Assembly (NCBI GenBank): GCA_951406725.2
Contig: OX597816.1
Span: forward strand, 162,750,001 to 162,814,000
Length of the DNA: 64,000 nt
Direction of reading: 5' to 3'
From: Octopus vulgaris
Taxonomy: Eukaryota
Shown here: in pieces, positions 13,672 to 28,552 of the stretch
How the letters are laid out: the number at the start of each line of letters is the position of its first letter
Numbering within the stretch: position 1 is the first letter of the stretch
Notes under the pieces: generated by a model
The model's database searches: none
What the model was told of the DNA's origin: nothing
The model's input: the letters and a program-made list of their open reading frames with translations, nothing else
Translations under genes and position numbers: made by a program

Positions 13672-14550
13672 CATATACATATATATAAATTTATATATAG
13701 GTACGCACAGAAAAATTTATTTGTACATAAAATTCTCTGAAATGACACAACGTGAATGACACCTACCACAAGAACTAAAATGGCAGAAATAATAACAGCA
13801 TTGACAAAAACAGTGATAATAATAAAGAAAATATGTACAGCAAAACAATGATTATAATATCTTAATTGTTTAATATTTACATCAAACTTTACATGAATAG
13901 TGTACATAAAAAATGCGTATATTTATTTATTATGAAAATAAAATACCAAATAATAACATAATGCGTATACATAGACACACGCTTACATATAAATATGCAT
14001 ACTCACATACATGTATATGCATATACAAAAATATATCTAGGTATATATATATATATTAAATGTATGTATATCTATATATCTAGCTAGCTAGTAATATAGC
14101 TATCTATCTATCTATCTATTTATATATATATGGATAGATAGATAGATACATGTATACATACATACACAATACATACGTACATATATATATAATATATATA
14201 TATATATCTCTGTGTGTGTATATGTATACATCAACCTATATATAAATATATTTATACATATATATATATACATACGGAATACTTACACGTTCATCATTTG
14301 TTAATGTATGTATGTAACTATCTATCTCTATATACACACGCGCACAGACACACGCGTGCACTCGCGCACCTACAAGTATTTACTAAATGAATATATTGCT
14401 TTAAAATACACATAATATTCACTAGGAACATCCTCATTAACGATGTTCAGGACAACAGCTAAATGTGCGGGTGTATATCTGTGCATATATATCTATATAT
14501 CTATATATGTATGTATGTATATATCTATATATATATATATATATATATAT

Positions 14551-14601
<51 letters not shown>

Positions 14602-14841
14602 CATACATACATACATACATACATACATACATACATAGGTACATATGTTCCATAGCGAGCAGAACCTCGATATTCTAGGGTCTCACACCTAATTTCTTAG
14701 CATTCCTTGCTACCTATGAAAGAGGTAAACAACAACTTAATCTCTTTTTCTTCAAGCGAGGTGTATACCGCTGGCTACTCTTCAGGCCAAGGATATCTTG
14801 AAGCTGACCTTCTTCCTACACCTCGACCCCTGGATCTTACA

Positions 14842-14880
<39 letters not shown>

Positions 14881-15651
14881 ATGTATATATTTACATATAT
14901 ATATGTGTGTGTGTGTACGCATACATTGCAGCACTTAGCAACACGTTCTGTCGCTTTCGGTGTAAAATTGACATACATATATAGTTGTGTATCTGAAGTT
15001 GTATATTTAAGATGCTTATACAGCTAGGTTTTCATGTGCATACATGAAATATTTAGAAACCCTGTATATATATATATATACATTTTTTTTTCTAGTTTCA
15101 GCTCAGAGCTGCGGCCATGCTGATGCACCGCCGTTATATATATATATATTTACATACACACACAAAGATTTATTATTATGGACATTCTTACATACTATAT
15201 ATATATATATGTATATGTGTGTGTGTGTGTGTGTTTGAACAGAGAAAAAGAATGACGTCACTGGTAGATCTCGTTAGTTTACTTAATATTTTTACTTTAT
15301 ATAATGTAAATTTTACGTGTAAAATTTATATAAAAAAAATTTTATAAAATAATAAATTAAACTGATTAGAACTACCAGTAATGTCATTCTTTTTCTTTTT
15401 CTAAATATACCTACCTGTACCAAGGACCTCACACATTTTCCTGTATATACACACACACACAGGCGCACGTATATTTGTGTTTGTGTCTGTATGTATAGAT
15501 AACGTGTATGTTACAGCGAAAGGGGAAAGGATGGAGAATGGAAATGGTAAATATGTATAGAGGCAAAGTGTTATATCAAGCTCATACACACACCTGCATA
15601 CCGTACAGACAATACGCAAACAGTACATACATACATACACACATATCTCTT

Positions 15652-15846
15652 TCTCTTTTCTCTTTTACTTGTTTCAGTCATTTGACTGCGGCCATGCTGG
15701 AGCACCACCTTTAATCGAGCAAATCGACCCCGGGACTTATTCTTTGTAAGCCCAGTACTTATTCTATCGGTCTCTTTTGCCGAACCGCTAAGTGACGGGG
15801 ACGTTAACACACCAGCATCGGTTGTCAAGCAATGCTAGGGGGACAA

Positions 15847-15881
<35 letters not shown>

Positions 15882-16052
15882 CATATATACGACAGGCTTC
15901 TTTCAGTTTCCGTCTACCAAATGCACTCACAAGTCATTGGTCGGCCCGAGGCTATAGCAGAAGACACTTGTCCAAGATGCCACGCAGTGGGACTGAACCC
16001 GGAACCTTGTGGCTGGTTAGCAAGCTACTTACCACACAGCCACTCCTGCGCC
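15652..16052 (-). mobile_element. SINE family A, full length
   Basis: Complete head (ggcgcaggagtggctgtgtgg) to tail (gaaacaagtaaaagag); nearly identical to 38389-38800. Confidence 0.9.
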
Positions 16053-16069
16053 TATATATATATTATTTT

Positions 16070-16264
16070 ATTCTTTTACTTGTCCCAGTCATTTGACTGC
16101 GGCCATGAAGGAGCACCGCCTTTTTAGTCGAACAAATCGACCACAGGACTTATTCTTTGTAGGCCTAGTATCGATATCTTTTGCCGAATCCCTAAGTTGC
16201 TGAGACGTAAACACAGCAACATCGCATTGGCTGTCAAGCGATGGGAGGGGGGACAAACACAAAT

Positions 16265-16298
<34 letters not shown>

Positions 16299-16300
16299 GT
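16070..16300 (-). mobile_element. SINE family A, 3' half
   Basis: cagtcatttgactgcggccatg..gagcaccgcc..ggacttattctttgt. Confidence 0.8.
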
Positions 16301-16419
16301 TTGTGTGTGTGTGTATCTGTGTCCGCGTGTATATAAAAATATACACATGTATGTATATATGCACATGTATATGTATGTGTTGGGATGTGTGTGTGTGTGA
16401 CTGAGAGAGAGAAACAGAC

Positions 16420-16504
<85 letters not shown>

Positions 16505-16583
16505 TAGATAGATAGATAGATAGATAAAGATAGATAGATAGATAGATAGATAGTTAGAAAGATAGATAGATAGATAGATAGTT

Positions 16584-16644
<61 letters not shown>

Positions 16645-16810
16645 TGTTTCTTTATTAGCCACACAGGGCTGCACACAGACAGGACAAAATTTCAAGGTAG
16701 AGCTTTCCTTTGGGGGGTAAAAGAAGGGGGTTTGGTTTTCGATCAAAAGGGATCGTTAGTGGAAAGAAAGAGGACAAAAAAAAGGGGGGGGGATAAAATA
16801 AAATTAAAAA
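16645..16810 (-). mobile_element. LINE 3' terminus (Tx1-like) embedded in (TAGA)n
   Basis: Minus strand ends ..gcagccctgtgtggctaataaagaaac then (TATC)n; similar to ends at 58580-58605 and to SINE-B tails. Confidence 0.5.
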
Positions 16811-16814
16811 AAAA

Positions 16815-16845
<31 letters not shown>

Positions 16846-16847
<2 letters not shown>

Positions 16848-16917
16848 GAGGGAGAGTGAGAGGGGACAGAGTGATTTTGCTGAGAGGGAGAGTGAGAGGG
16901 GACAGAGTGATTTTGCT
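16846..16917 (+). repeat. 2 x 36-bp perfect tandem duplication
   Basis: gagagggagagtgagaggggacagagtgattttgct twice. Confidence 0.9.
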
Positions 16918-17273
16918 TTGAAATTCATGTGTACATATCGAAATGAAGCACACCCGTATAAATCCATTCACAAAACACTACTTCTCTTCGTATATACATA
17001 CGCAAATATCAGTATGTCTTATCATACACACATGGAACTTGGCATACCTCAACTTATGTCGTTTCAATTTTCGCTGTTTTCGATTCTGTGCTCTTTTGGC
17101 GAATTTGTTTTTATTTTTTTTCTTCTGTTTTTTTTTTTTTTGTTTATTAATTTACTAACGCATATTGATATGACACACACACACACACACATAAATATAT
17201 TAAGATAACAGTATTCTTAACCGTATACCCATATCCACACACAAATAACAGTATTTTTGTTTGTATACATATA

Positions 17274-17436
17274 GGCGCAGGAGCGGCTGTGTGGTAAGTA
17301 GCTTGCTAACCAACCACATGGTTGCGGGTTCAGTCCTACTGCGTGGCATCTTGGGCAAGTGTCTTCTGCTATAGCCCCGGGCCGACCAATACCTTGTGAG
17401 TGGATTTGGTAGACGAAAACTGAAAGAAGCCTGTCG

Positions 17437-17481
<45 letters not shown>

Positions 17482-17655
17482 CTGTACTTGACAACCGATG
17501 CTGGTGTGTTTACGTCCCGGTTCGGCAAAAGAGACCGATAGAATAAGTACTGGGCTTACAAAGAATAAGTCCCGGGATCGATTTGATCGATTAAAAGGCG
17601 GTGCTCCAGCATAGCCGTAGTCAAATGACTGAAACAAGTAAAAGAGTAAAAGAGA
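17274..17655 (+). mobile_element. SINE family A, near full length
   Basis: Head ggcgcaggagcggctgtgtgg to tail gaaacaagtaaaagag. Confidence 0.9.
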
Positions 17656-17825
17656 GTAATAGCCACATAGCCACATGCATAAATATATCGAAATAACGGT
17701 AAATGTGCGCGTATACCCATGCAAACATACACACGCAATTTCGTTTTGAAATAACCGTATTTGTGGCCATATGCGGAAGCAAAAGGATTCATATTTCATA
17801 GACAAACTAATTTTAGAAATATATA

Positions 17826-18049
17826 TTTCTTTACTGCTCACAAGGGGCTAAACATAGAGGGGACAAACAAGGACAGACAAAGGGATTAAGTCGATTACAT
17901 CGACCCCAGTGCAAAACTGGTACTTTATTTATCGACCCCGAAAGGATGAAAGGCAAAGTCAACCTCGGCGGAATTCGAACTCAGAACGTAACGACAGACG
18001 AAATACCGCTAAGCATTTCACCCGGCGCGCTATCGTGTCTGCTAGCTCG
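17826..18049 (-). mobile_element. SINE family B with 11-bp TSD
   Basis: Family B body; agaaatatata duplicated at 17815-17825 and 18050-18060. Confidence 0.85.
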
Positions 18050-18224
18050 AGAAATATATAGAGTTCGTTCTGATTGCAGTTTGGTGTATTAGGTCATTAT
18101 ATTAAGGGGTTCGTACATAGGAATTTAGCGCCATCTATGGAATTAGGAAAAGTTTATACACATTGAAACATGCATATATACATAAATAAATATCTATCGA
18201 ATTTTATAGATATTTATCAGAAGT

Positions 18225-18595
18225 GGATACCAACCATATGGTTCCAAGTTCAGTCCCACTGCGTGGCATATTGGGCAAGCGTCTTCTACTTCAGCCTCGA
18301 GTCGACCAAAGATTTGTAAGTGGGTTTGGTAGACGGAAGCTGAAAGAAGCTCGTCGAATATATATTTATGTGTGTACGGGCGTGTGTGTGCGTGTGTCTG
18401 AGTTTGTCCCCCCAACTTCGCTTGACAACCGATTCTGGTGTGTTTACATCAACGTAACATAGCGGTTCGACCAAAGAAACCGATAAAGTAAGTACTAAGC
18501 TTGCCAAGAATAAGTACTGGGGTCGATTTTCTCGACTTGAGGCGGTGCTCCAGCATGGTCGTAGTCAAATGACAGCAACAAGTAACAAAATAAAC
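18225..18595 (+). mobile_element. SINE family A, diverged
   Basis: caaccatatggttcc..ttcagtcccactgcgtggca..ggcggtgctccagcatgg. Confidence 0.85.
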
Positions 18596-18667
18596 ATATA
18601 TATATATATATATATATCTCCATCAATCCATCCATACATACATACATACATTTATATACATATATAT

Positions 18668-18747
<80 letters not shown>

Positions 18748-18914
18748 GTATGCATGTATATATACACACACATGCACAGACAAACATTCACAAACGCACA
18801 AACATATTCACATATCTGTCTGAAATTGCAAACAGTGTAAGACCTCCGAAATTTGCATCATAAAGTATCATCATATGCCAGATGCAGTAGTTACTAACTA
18901 ACCTTTTGTGCAAA

Positions 18915-19299
18915 TCTCTCTCTATATAAACGGCAGTTTGTCTGTGCGTGTTTCTGTGTGTCTGTTTGGTTGTACCCTCACTCTGACCACGGCTTTCAAC
19001 CGATTCTGATGAAACTTGACACACACATAGCCCAATGTCATAATTCAAAACTAACGCAGCGAAAATTTTGAAAAGTTCCCCCAGTTCTGAAAAAAATCGA
19101 TAAATTCGACATGGGGTCGAGAATCAGAAACCCAAACCACAGACCGTCTAGGGGACGCAACTCCACCTTTTTTAACTCTCAAAAAAAAATTTACCATCAT
19201 TTTTTTCCATTTTTTTGCTATTTTTTGGCTATAACTCTCTAAAAATGCTTTATAGTTATTTCCCTTACAAACCTGAGCAACGCCGGGCGATACTGCTAG
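18915..19299 (+). mobile_element. Non-autonomous Helitron
   Basis: A|TC 5' end (tctctctctatataaa), subterminal hairpin cctgagcaacgccggg, CTAG|T 3' end, no TSD. Confidence 0.8.
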
Positions 19300-19310
19300 T
19301 AAGTAAATAA

Positions 19311-19358
<48 letters not shown>

Positions 19359-19365
19359 GTTCATA

Positions 19366-19397
<32 letters not shown>

Positions 19398-19419
19398 CGT
19401 TCATATATACGTTCATATA

Positions 19420-19471
<52 letters not shown>

Positions 19472-19626
19472 TATACATATGTTCATATGCATACATGCAT
19501 ATATATATAAACACACACACGCAGCTAGATGGTTACATACACATACTCTATTATACGTAAATATGTGCATTTGTACTGATATAAAAATGTGAATGTTAGT
19601 GCGCATATCAGAAAACAAAACGAAAA

Positions 19627-19638
19627 TTATTATTATTA

Positions 19639-19679
<41 letters not shown>

Positions 19680-19682
19680 CAT

Positions 19683-19733
<51 letters not shown>

Positions 19734-19770
19734 CAGTAGTAGTAGTAGTAGTAGTAGTAGTTGTTGTAAT
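19627..19770. repeat. (TTA)n(TAG)n trinucleotide microsatellite
   Basis: Direct inspection. Confidence 0.95.
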
Positions 19771-19968
19771 TAGGTAATAAAAACATGCAAATTTATATTG
19801 CGTAAGATTTTATTTTCAACATTGGAAAATAATGCTTCAAAAATTCAATAACGAACAATATGAATCACGAATAGAATGTGCATTCTTTTATATCTATCTA
19901 TCTATCTGTCTGTCTGTCTGTCTATCTTATCTATGTATCTATATGTCTGTCTATCTATCTATTTATCC

Positions 19969-20031
<63 letters not shown>

Positions 20032-20155
20032 CACATATCTATCTATCTATCTGTTTGTCTGTCTGTCTATCTATTTATCCATCCATCTATCTCTTTATCT
20101 ATCTATTTATCTATCTAATATCTATCTTATCTTTCTATCTCCCTATATATATGTT

Positions 20156-20192
<37 letters not shown>

Positions 20193-20221
20193 ATGTGTGT
20201 GTGTGTATACATATATATGTT

Positions 20222-20256
<35 letters not shown>

Positions 20257-20261
20257 GTATG

Positions 20262-20294
<33 letters not shown>

Positions 20295-20843
20295 GTAAAT
20301 ATGTATGTATGTATGTATATGTGTATATATATATATGTATACATGCATATATATATATGTATACATACATATATACATATATATATATATGTGTATGTAT
20401 ACATACACACACACATATATATATATATATTCTTTTATTCTTTTGTTTCAGTCATTTGACTGCGGCCATGTGGGAGCGCCGCACTTTAGTTGACCAAATC
20501 GACACCAGGACTTATTGTTTTGTAAACCTGTAATGTACAACATCCTTTGTCAAACACAGACACACAAACATGCATACATACATATATACATACACACACA
20601 GACACAACTGACCGCGTGATTGTGCTTACATATGTATACGAATGGTTCTTTTTTGTGCCGAGTTTCAAAAATATACAATTCAACATTAGAATGAAAGATT
20701 CCTGAACATGCTTGTAGAGGACTTATCTATAACACTTTTACAAGAACACGGTGACAGTGATTTCGAAGGTTCATCCTGGTTTAAACCAAATCTAAATCTA
20801 AGGCTAAAACTTTTTAATTCACTACTTCCACACACAAAGTATA

Positions 20844-20888
<45 letters not shown>

Positions 20889-20931
20889 TTACACACATAC
20901 TCACACACGCATATATATATATATATATATA

Positions 20932-20990
<59 letters not shown>

Positions 20991-21538
20991 GCCGGTCTGT
21001 ACGTATATGCCATATTATCCACATGAATACACGCACAATGTGTGGATACCTGCATTAATTCAAATATACACCTGTGTGTGAATGTGTTTTGTATGGCTAT
21101 GCATAGAACCCTCTTCCCGCCGCACACACAATCACAGTTTTATAAAGGGTGTATATGAATTCCTTATAAGCCATAAAATATAAACGTCACCTGTAGATTA
21201 TAAACATACGCTTCTTTTGTCTGACGTCATGTTTGAGAAATTTAGAACAAACGTGTGTTACAATGAATATCTTAGAAGGGTTTTTGACACAAAGAATCCA
21301 TACACGTATATATACATGGATATGTGCACAAGCACTCATACACCATACACATACTCTTTCTCTCTGCTTGTCACTCTCTTTAACACAGGTATATGAACAC
21401 ACTCATAAGCATTCACAGGTATTCACATACATATATACATAGAAATACTGGTATTAAATCATTCTTCAAATATTATTTTCGGTATAAAAATGGCGTAATG
21501 ATAACCATTAACTTTGCCATATACATACATACATACAT

Positions 21539-21593
<55 letters not shown>

Positions 21594-21862
21594 TGTGTGT
21601 GTGCGCGCACACACGTAAATGCACATTCATACATATAAATATGTGTGTATATATGTATATATCCGTATATACATATATATAAGTTCACTGATATACACAA
21701 ATCATAGAAAAGTGTGCTAATGATATATATATATATATATATGTGTGTTTGTGTGTGTATGTATATGTATGCATATATATATATGTGTATATATATATGT
21801 GTGTATATATATATACATATGTATGTATATATGTACATGTATATTTATATGCATATATATAT

Positions 21863-21914
<52 letters not shown>

Positions 21915-22038
21915 ATATATATCTATGTATATACGTATTTCTATATGTATGGATATATATATATATATTTGCATACATATATATCTATATATACTTATTA
22001 ATATATTATGTATACATACATACGCACATATGTATACA

Positions 22039-22099
<61 letters not shown>

Positions 22100-22102
<3 letters not shown>

Positions 22103-22612
22103 TAGCTTCGTTTTATGCCAGTAATATTTTCTATGATTGCATGGGTTGGAGTGATCTTTTCCAACACACAAGAGTTTCACCACCCATTTGTGATCCTTTA
22201 TCACAATTTTCATGAAGTTTGAGCCTTCGAAAATCATTGCCTTTTTGCCATATTTTCCTGGGTTTTCTTCCACTCCGATCGTCCCAGCACTTCTTTACCC
22301 CAAACGTCATTTTTGATACGCCACCTCATGCCCTTATTATTTCAGTTGTCTCTCTTGTACGTTACATCTGATTCCTGCTGTATTCCGTAATTCTTTCAGC
22401 TTATATCTGAATGCCCTGCCATTCATGCACATTGGAATTATACATTCATTGGAGTATGCTCACATTCAAGACCCTGTATCTCACTAACGTAATGCATCGA
22501 AAGACATTACGTACCGAGGCGTCACACAATCTCCTTTACACTCAGAGGCGAAAACCCTTTTTAGCCCGCAGATGCACTAGGTCCCAGAAAGGTTTCTATC
22601 GCCTTCTGGTCT
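22100..22612 (-). mobile_element. RTE-clade LINE 3' remnant
   Basis: Minus-strand degenerate KGF..RLCDASVR and RKPRKIW (cf. RTE RGRPRKTW); 3' end ccaacccatgc resembles the short tail at 48755-48797. Confidence 0.55.
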
Positions 22613-22639
22613 GTCTCTGTCTCTCTCTCTCTCATTCTC

Positions 22640-22675
<36 letters not shown>

Positions 22676-22801
22676 AGGTCGCTGTATTTTTGGAACATGC
22701 CGCTTCTGATAACTCGCGCCACATTTACATACATACATACACACATACATACATACATACATACATACATACACACACACATACACATGTGTATATCTAT
22801 G

Positions 22802-22844
<43 letters not shown>

Positions 22845-22878
22845 ATACACACACGCGCACACATACACACACACACAT

Positions 22879-22909
<31 letters not shown>

Positions 22910-23346
22910 CATATATATATCTTCTGATTTTTCACAAGACAAGCAATTTAAGAGGATGGGCAAGCCCATTGTATTAAAAATGCTGTACCAGTGTTCTGCT
23001 ACAACTTTATCGTGTCGACCCCTCTTTACATGGGTATGTATAAGTTTTCATATAGTCAAACATACAAGACACATGTATAATAGGTGTGTGCATATATATA
23101 CATATATACAAACAAACATACACACACATACAGACGCACAGACACACACACACACACATATACATAAAGAGAAAGAGGGAGAATATGAATGGGTTTGTTC
23201 ACTTGTGATCTAAATGAATAGGTACCCTGAGTAAATACTATAGTTCGTCGACCGTTAGGTTCCATGACCACAGCTAATGTATTAGGGTTTCGTGCTATAG
23301 CAGGTATATATTATATTACAGGCTTTTGGCTTTCCTTCATAATATA

Positions 23347-23401
<55 letters not shown>

Positions 23402-23473
23402 AGTATATATTCAAAAATATATATAGATAATCCTATAGATGTATGGACAGACACGGTTATAGAGGAATATATG

Positions 23474-23519
<46 letters not shown>

Positions 23520-23727
23520 TAAACAATATGCAACATGCACAAAGAATAACCCACAAATGGAAATAAAAAATTGCATAACGATGTAATCATACATAGAAAT
23601 ATAATAAAGCACAGGTATGTGTGTGTGCATGTGTGTGTGTGCGTGCGTGCGCGTGTATGTATATGTATATATAAATAAATATATGCATAGAGATTTAAGC
23701 ATGTACAAGCACATATGCATATACTTA

Positions 23728-23785
<58 letters not shown>

Positions 23786-23807
23786 CACATATATATATAT
23801 ATATATG

Positions 23808-23845
<38 letters not shown>

Positions 23846-24818
23846 TACATGTATATCAGTGCATATGCACACGTCTATATCAACAACACAGGTTTTATAA
23901 ATACAACAGCCAACACGCACGCGCACACACATGCATATTAATTATTATTCTCCCTAAAAAGTAAAAGAAATATGTTGAACTATATTATTAGATATTGTAA
24001 TATTTACATGCTATAATCATTCATATACGTTGACAGAAACTAGTTTAATATTAAGAAAAAAATTAAAGAGAATATTAAGTGATGTTATTTAATATTTGGT
24101 TTTCTCTAAATCTATTACTTAAAATTAAGTAACGATCGCAAAAACTTGCAAATGAACAAATGTGCACGCAATATTTTATGTTTTTCGTACTGTGTTTTGA
24201 AAATATGTAATAAATCTGCAAAAACGATCGCAGTAGACAGAAACACATGCACAAAGAACACTGATACACATATACAAATGTATGCATATATAGAGATATG
24301 CACTGAGGTATATATACATATATAAATGTGTGTATGCATGTGTGTGTCTTTATACGTATATAAATGTGTGTGTGTGGTCGTGCGTTAAGTAACAGTACAT
24401 CTCAATCTATCTTAATCGAAATGTAACACAAAATGATAAAAACTAATTTGAGGTAATTATCTATATGTGTTTACGTATATAAGTGTATATGTGTGCATGC
24501 GTCTGTTTGTGTAGGTGTGTGAATGGATATAATTTTATCATATATAATATGAACATATATGTGCTATATACTTTCATACATACATACATACATGTACATA
24601 TATATATATTTATATATATATATATATATATATACATAGATACATACACGCACACACATACATACAGTATGTAGACCTACAAACGAATATATTTGTATAT
24701 ACAGATATAAGTAGACACGTATAAATCTTTATATATTAATGTAAATATATATAGCTACATATATGTTTTTGCATATATTTATGTATACTGTGTGTCTAAA
24801 GAAGAAAATAATACAGTC

Positions 24819-24851
<33 letters not shown>

Positions 24852-24892
24852 GTGTGTGTGTGTGTCTGTGTGTGTGTGTGTGTGATTGTATA

Positions 24893-25280
24893 GGCGCAGG
24901 AGTGGCTGTGTGGTAAGTAGTTTGTTTACCAACCACATGGTTCTGGTTTCAGTCCCACTGCGTGGCACCTTGTGCAAGTGTCTTCTACTATAGTCTCCGG
25001 TCGACCGAAGCCTTGTGAGTGGAATTGGTAGACGGGAACTGAAAGCCCACCGTATATATATATATATATATATATGGGGGGGAGTGTGTATGTGTGTGGG
25101 TGTATGTGTGTGTGTGTGCGTGTGCATATTTGTGTGTCTGTGATTGTCCTTCCGTTATCGCTTGACAACCGATGTTGGTATCTTTACGTCCTCGTAATAT
25201 AGCAGTTCGGCAAATGCTTCCGATAGGATAAGTACCAGGCTTACAAAGAAGAAGTCCTAGGGTCGATTTGTTCGACCCAG
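24893..25280 (+). mobile_element. SINE family A
   Basis: Head ggcgcaggagtggctgtgtgg, internal TA/TG tract, body to ggtcgatttgttcgac. Confidence 0.88.
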
Positions 25281-25305
25281 GATATATAAATGAAACCAAT
25301 AAAAG

Positions 25306-25343
<38 letters not shown>

Positions 25344-25881
25344 TTATATTAAGAATCTTATAAATGTAGGTGATATATAGAAAAACAACGGCATATGCAT
25401 GTTGCCATTTATTAATAGATATACATATGCACATATGTATATGCAATCTATGTTGAAATGTATTCTTCGACAACATGTAGCACGTCCGTTTCTGGGAAAC
25501 ATTAAACATGAAAAACTTGCTAGTCCGTTCCTATTGTAAAGTAAACATAGGTTAAAGGTAAAACAATATTTGACAGACACTAACTTTATACGGCATTAAT
25601 ATATATAACTCAATGTTTCGTAATGTATATATTTATGGAGGTATATACGTTTCTGAGTGTGTGTGTGTGTGTGTATATGTGTGTGTGTATATGTGTACGT
25701 GTGGGTGATGTGGAAGGGAAATATTTATTTTGGGATACGTGGTGCATATAATATGTATGTGTGTGTGTATACAGGTGTACAGACACATATATTTCGACAC
25801 AAGCATATATATATATATATATACATACATGTATATACATATATATATATATATTTACATATATATATACATATATATATG

Positions 25882-25939
<58 letters not shown>

Positions 25940-25954
25940 TATATATATATATAT

Positions 25955-26154
25955 GTGACCTCGTGTGTACCGTTGGCGATTTTTTTTCCTCTGTCTTCCC
26001 TTCTCTGGATCTTTCCTTCTCCTATGTTTCCGACGAAGAGCTCCGCTCGAAACGTTAAACCCTCCTTCTTCCCTTCTTGCCTAAGCGTCCAATAATACTA
26101 TATTTGTTCTATGTCCTCGCGTTGTTGTGTTTTTTTGTGTTTTCTTCTTTGGAT

Positions 26155-26160
<6 letters not shown>
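25955..26160 (+). mobile_element. PLE-like pseudo-LTR fragment in (TA)n with HHR motif
   Basis: Pyrimidine-rich, flanked both sides by (TA)n; end ttttgtgttttctt.tttggattaac recurs inverted at ~49535-49565. Confidence 0.65.
26026..26060 (+). ncRNA. Minimal type I hammerhead-like motif (core CCGACGA)
   Basis: GTTT-CCGACGA-A-GAGC tcc GCTC-GAAA-CG-TT-AAAC; 4-bp stems I and II, palindromic stem III; U4>C deviation. Confidence 0.55.
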
Positions 26161-26228
<68 letters not shown>

Positions 26229-27072
26229 TACATATATGTAAGTATGTATTTATGTATGTATGTATGTATGTATGTATGTATGTATGTATGTATGTATGCA
26301 TGTGAAAATTTTCTATATATTGCTATAATACATGTGTAATGCATTTTGGCATAACTACATTATGTACGCCTAACTCCGGATTTGTTTTCTTACAATTTAC
26401 CGAAATATTTATACTCTTAAATGAAATTTTGAATCGATGCCTTTTCGACGGTGTTAATTACGATTGTGTTGATAATATTATATATACATATAAAAATTTT
26501 TGTTTTTATAATTCATAATAATTATCATTTTACTTTAATATAATTGGGACCGTCCTCATTCTATGCTGTCTTTCGTTGTTTCTTTATAACAATTTTTTTA
26601 AAAATGTATATTTCTGTATAATATTTCCTAGATATATATTTTAAAACATGGCTTACATAATGCAGCTATTTCAGACTTGTATACTTGAAAAAACAGAAGG
26701 TGCAACATGCTTGAAATCTATGGAACTGGAGGTAACGAGGTCGCGGGCTTTGGGAGAAAATCATTAAAATCCCCTCCAAAAACACCAGTATATTTGTAAT
26801 CTAAAGTCTCGAAGACATTATCTCTGTAGAGTTTCATAATTAAAAAATTATTTAGAAAGTAATGAAGATATATATTATGTAGGAGATGTCACCAAACGTA
26901 GATTTGCTATATGCATAATATACATGCACATACACACACATACACACACACACACATATATAAATGCATATATATATATGCAAAGCACACATTTTGGAAC
27001 AAAAATAGGCTTTGATCTAGCGAGCGAGCAACCTGTCAAACTATCTATCTATCTAATAGTTTGTCTGTCTGC

Positions 27073-27110
<38 letters not shown>

Positions 27111-27266
27111 TATACAGAGGAAAATCATGCCTTAAAAAAGCGAATATTTTACCATTTTTCCTTTGATTAGTACAATAGCTTCATCCGATGTATATTTTCT
27201 TGAAAATTTTATCAAAAATGAATCGGAGCGGTTACTGTTGCCCACTTTATTCGTGTGCATGATATA

Positions 27267-27332
<66 letters not shown>

Positions 27333-27337
27333 TATAC

Positions 27338-27644
27338 ATGGGATTGCACCTAGAAAGTTACCCTCCTAGACACAAGTCTGGGCAAGGTTGTTTATGGAAG
27401 ACCAGCAGTCGCCCATGCATACCAGCCTCCCCTCTCCACGCCACCAGTGTTATCCAAGGGAAAGACAAAGGTCGATACAGTTTGGCACCAGTGACGTCGC
27501 AACTCATATCTACAGCTGAGTGAACTGGAGCAACGTGAAATAAAGTGCTTTGCTCAAGAACACAACATGCAGCCCGGTCCGGGATTCGAGCTCACAACCT
27601 CACGATCGTAAGCTCGACGCTCTAACCACTGAGCCATGCGCCTT
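27338..27644 (-). mobile_element. SINE family D (tRNA head plus CORE/V-like domain)
   Basis: Minus strand: A-box TGGCTCAGTGG, B-box-like GCTCGAATCCC, ttgtgttcttgagcaaagcacttta..ctccagttcactcagctgta; flanked by (TA)n. Confidence 0.8.
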
Positions 27645-28008
<364 letters not shown>

Positions 28009-28204
28009 TCACATACATGCATGTAAGCGTATATGTAATTAAATTAATTAACACTTTTCCCGATATGCCAAATGTGTGACAAAGTGTTGGTGTAGAGTAA
28101 AGCTGTATTTGGAACAGAATCCAACTGTCGTATTATTTGTAACAACCGTAAACAAAGGTCATCTTTTGGTCAGTATACAAGCATATCTGTGAGTGTATAC
28201 CCCC

Positions 28205-28255
<51 letters not shown>

Positions 28256-28520
28256 CACATCTATATACTTATATAACGATATCTATCTACCTACATATCT
28301 GTATATATGTATTCACACACACGTGTGTGTAAATATATATATATGTTTGTATGTAGATAGGTACATATATATATATATACATATATATATCTACTAAATA
28401 TAGATAGATTGATAGATAAAAATATATATATATATATATATACCTACCTACATACATACACACATACACACATACACACATACATACATACATACATACA
28501 TACATGCATGCATGCATACA

Positions 28521-28552
<32 letters not shown>

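Noticed and set aside
19335-19430. Repeated tatacgttcatata words (also the duplication at ~47860-47990)
   Set aside because: Slippage duplications of interruptions within (TA)n
26675-26731. Possible 57-nt exon (ttcag|..TCILEKTEGATCLKSMELE|gtaacg)
   Set aside because: Weak pyrimidine tract, no recognisable protein and no partner exons; expected by chance in 64 kb
27570-27644. tRNA gene (also the heads at 39247, 56160 and 60118)
   Set aside because: A and B boxes are present but there is no complete acceptor stem, and each continues into a multi-copy SINE body
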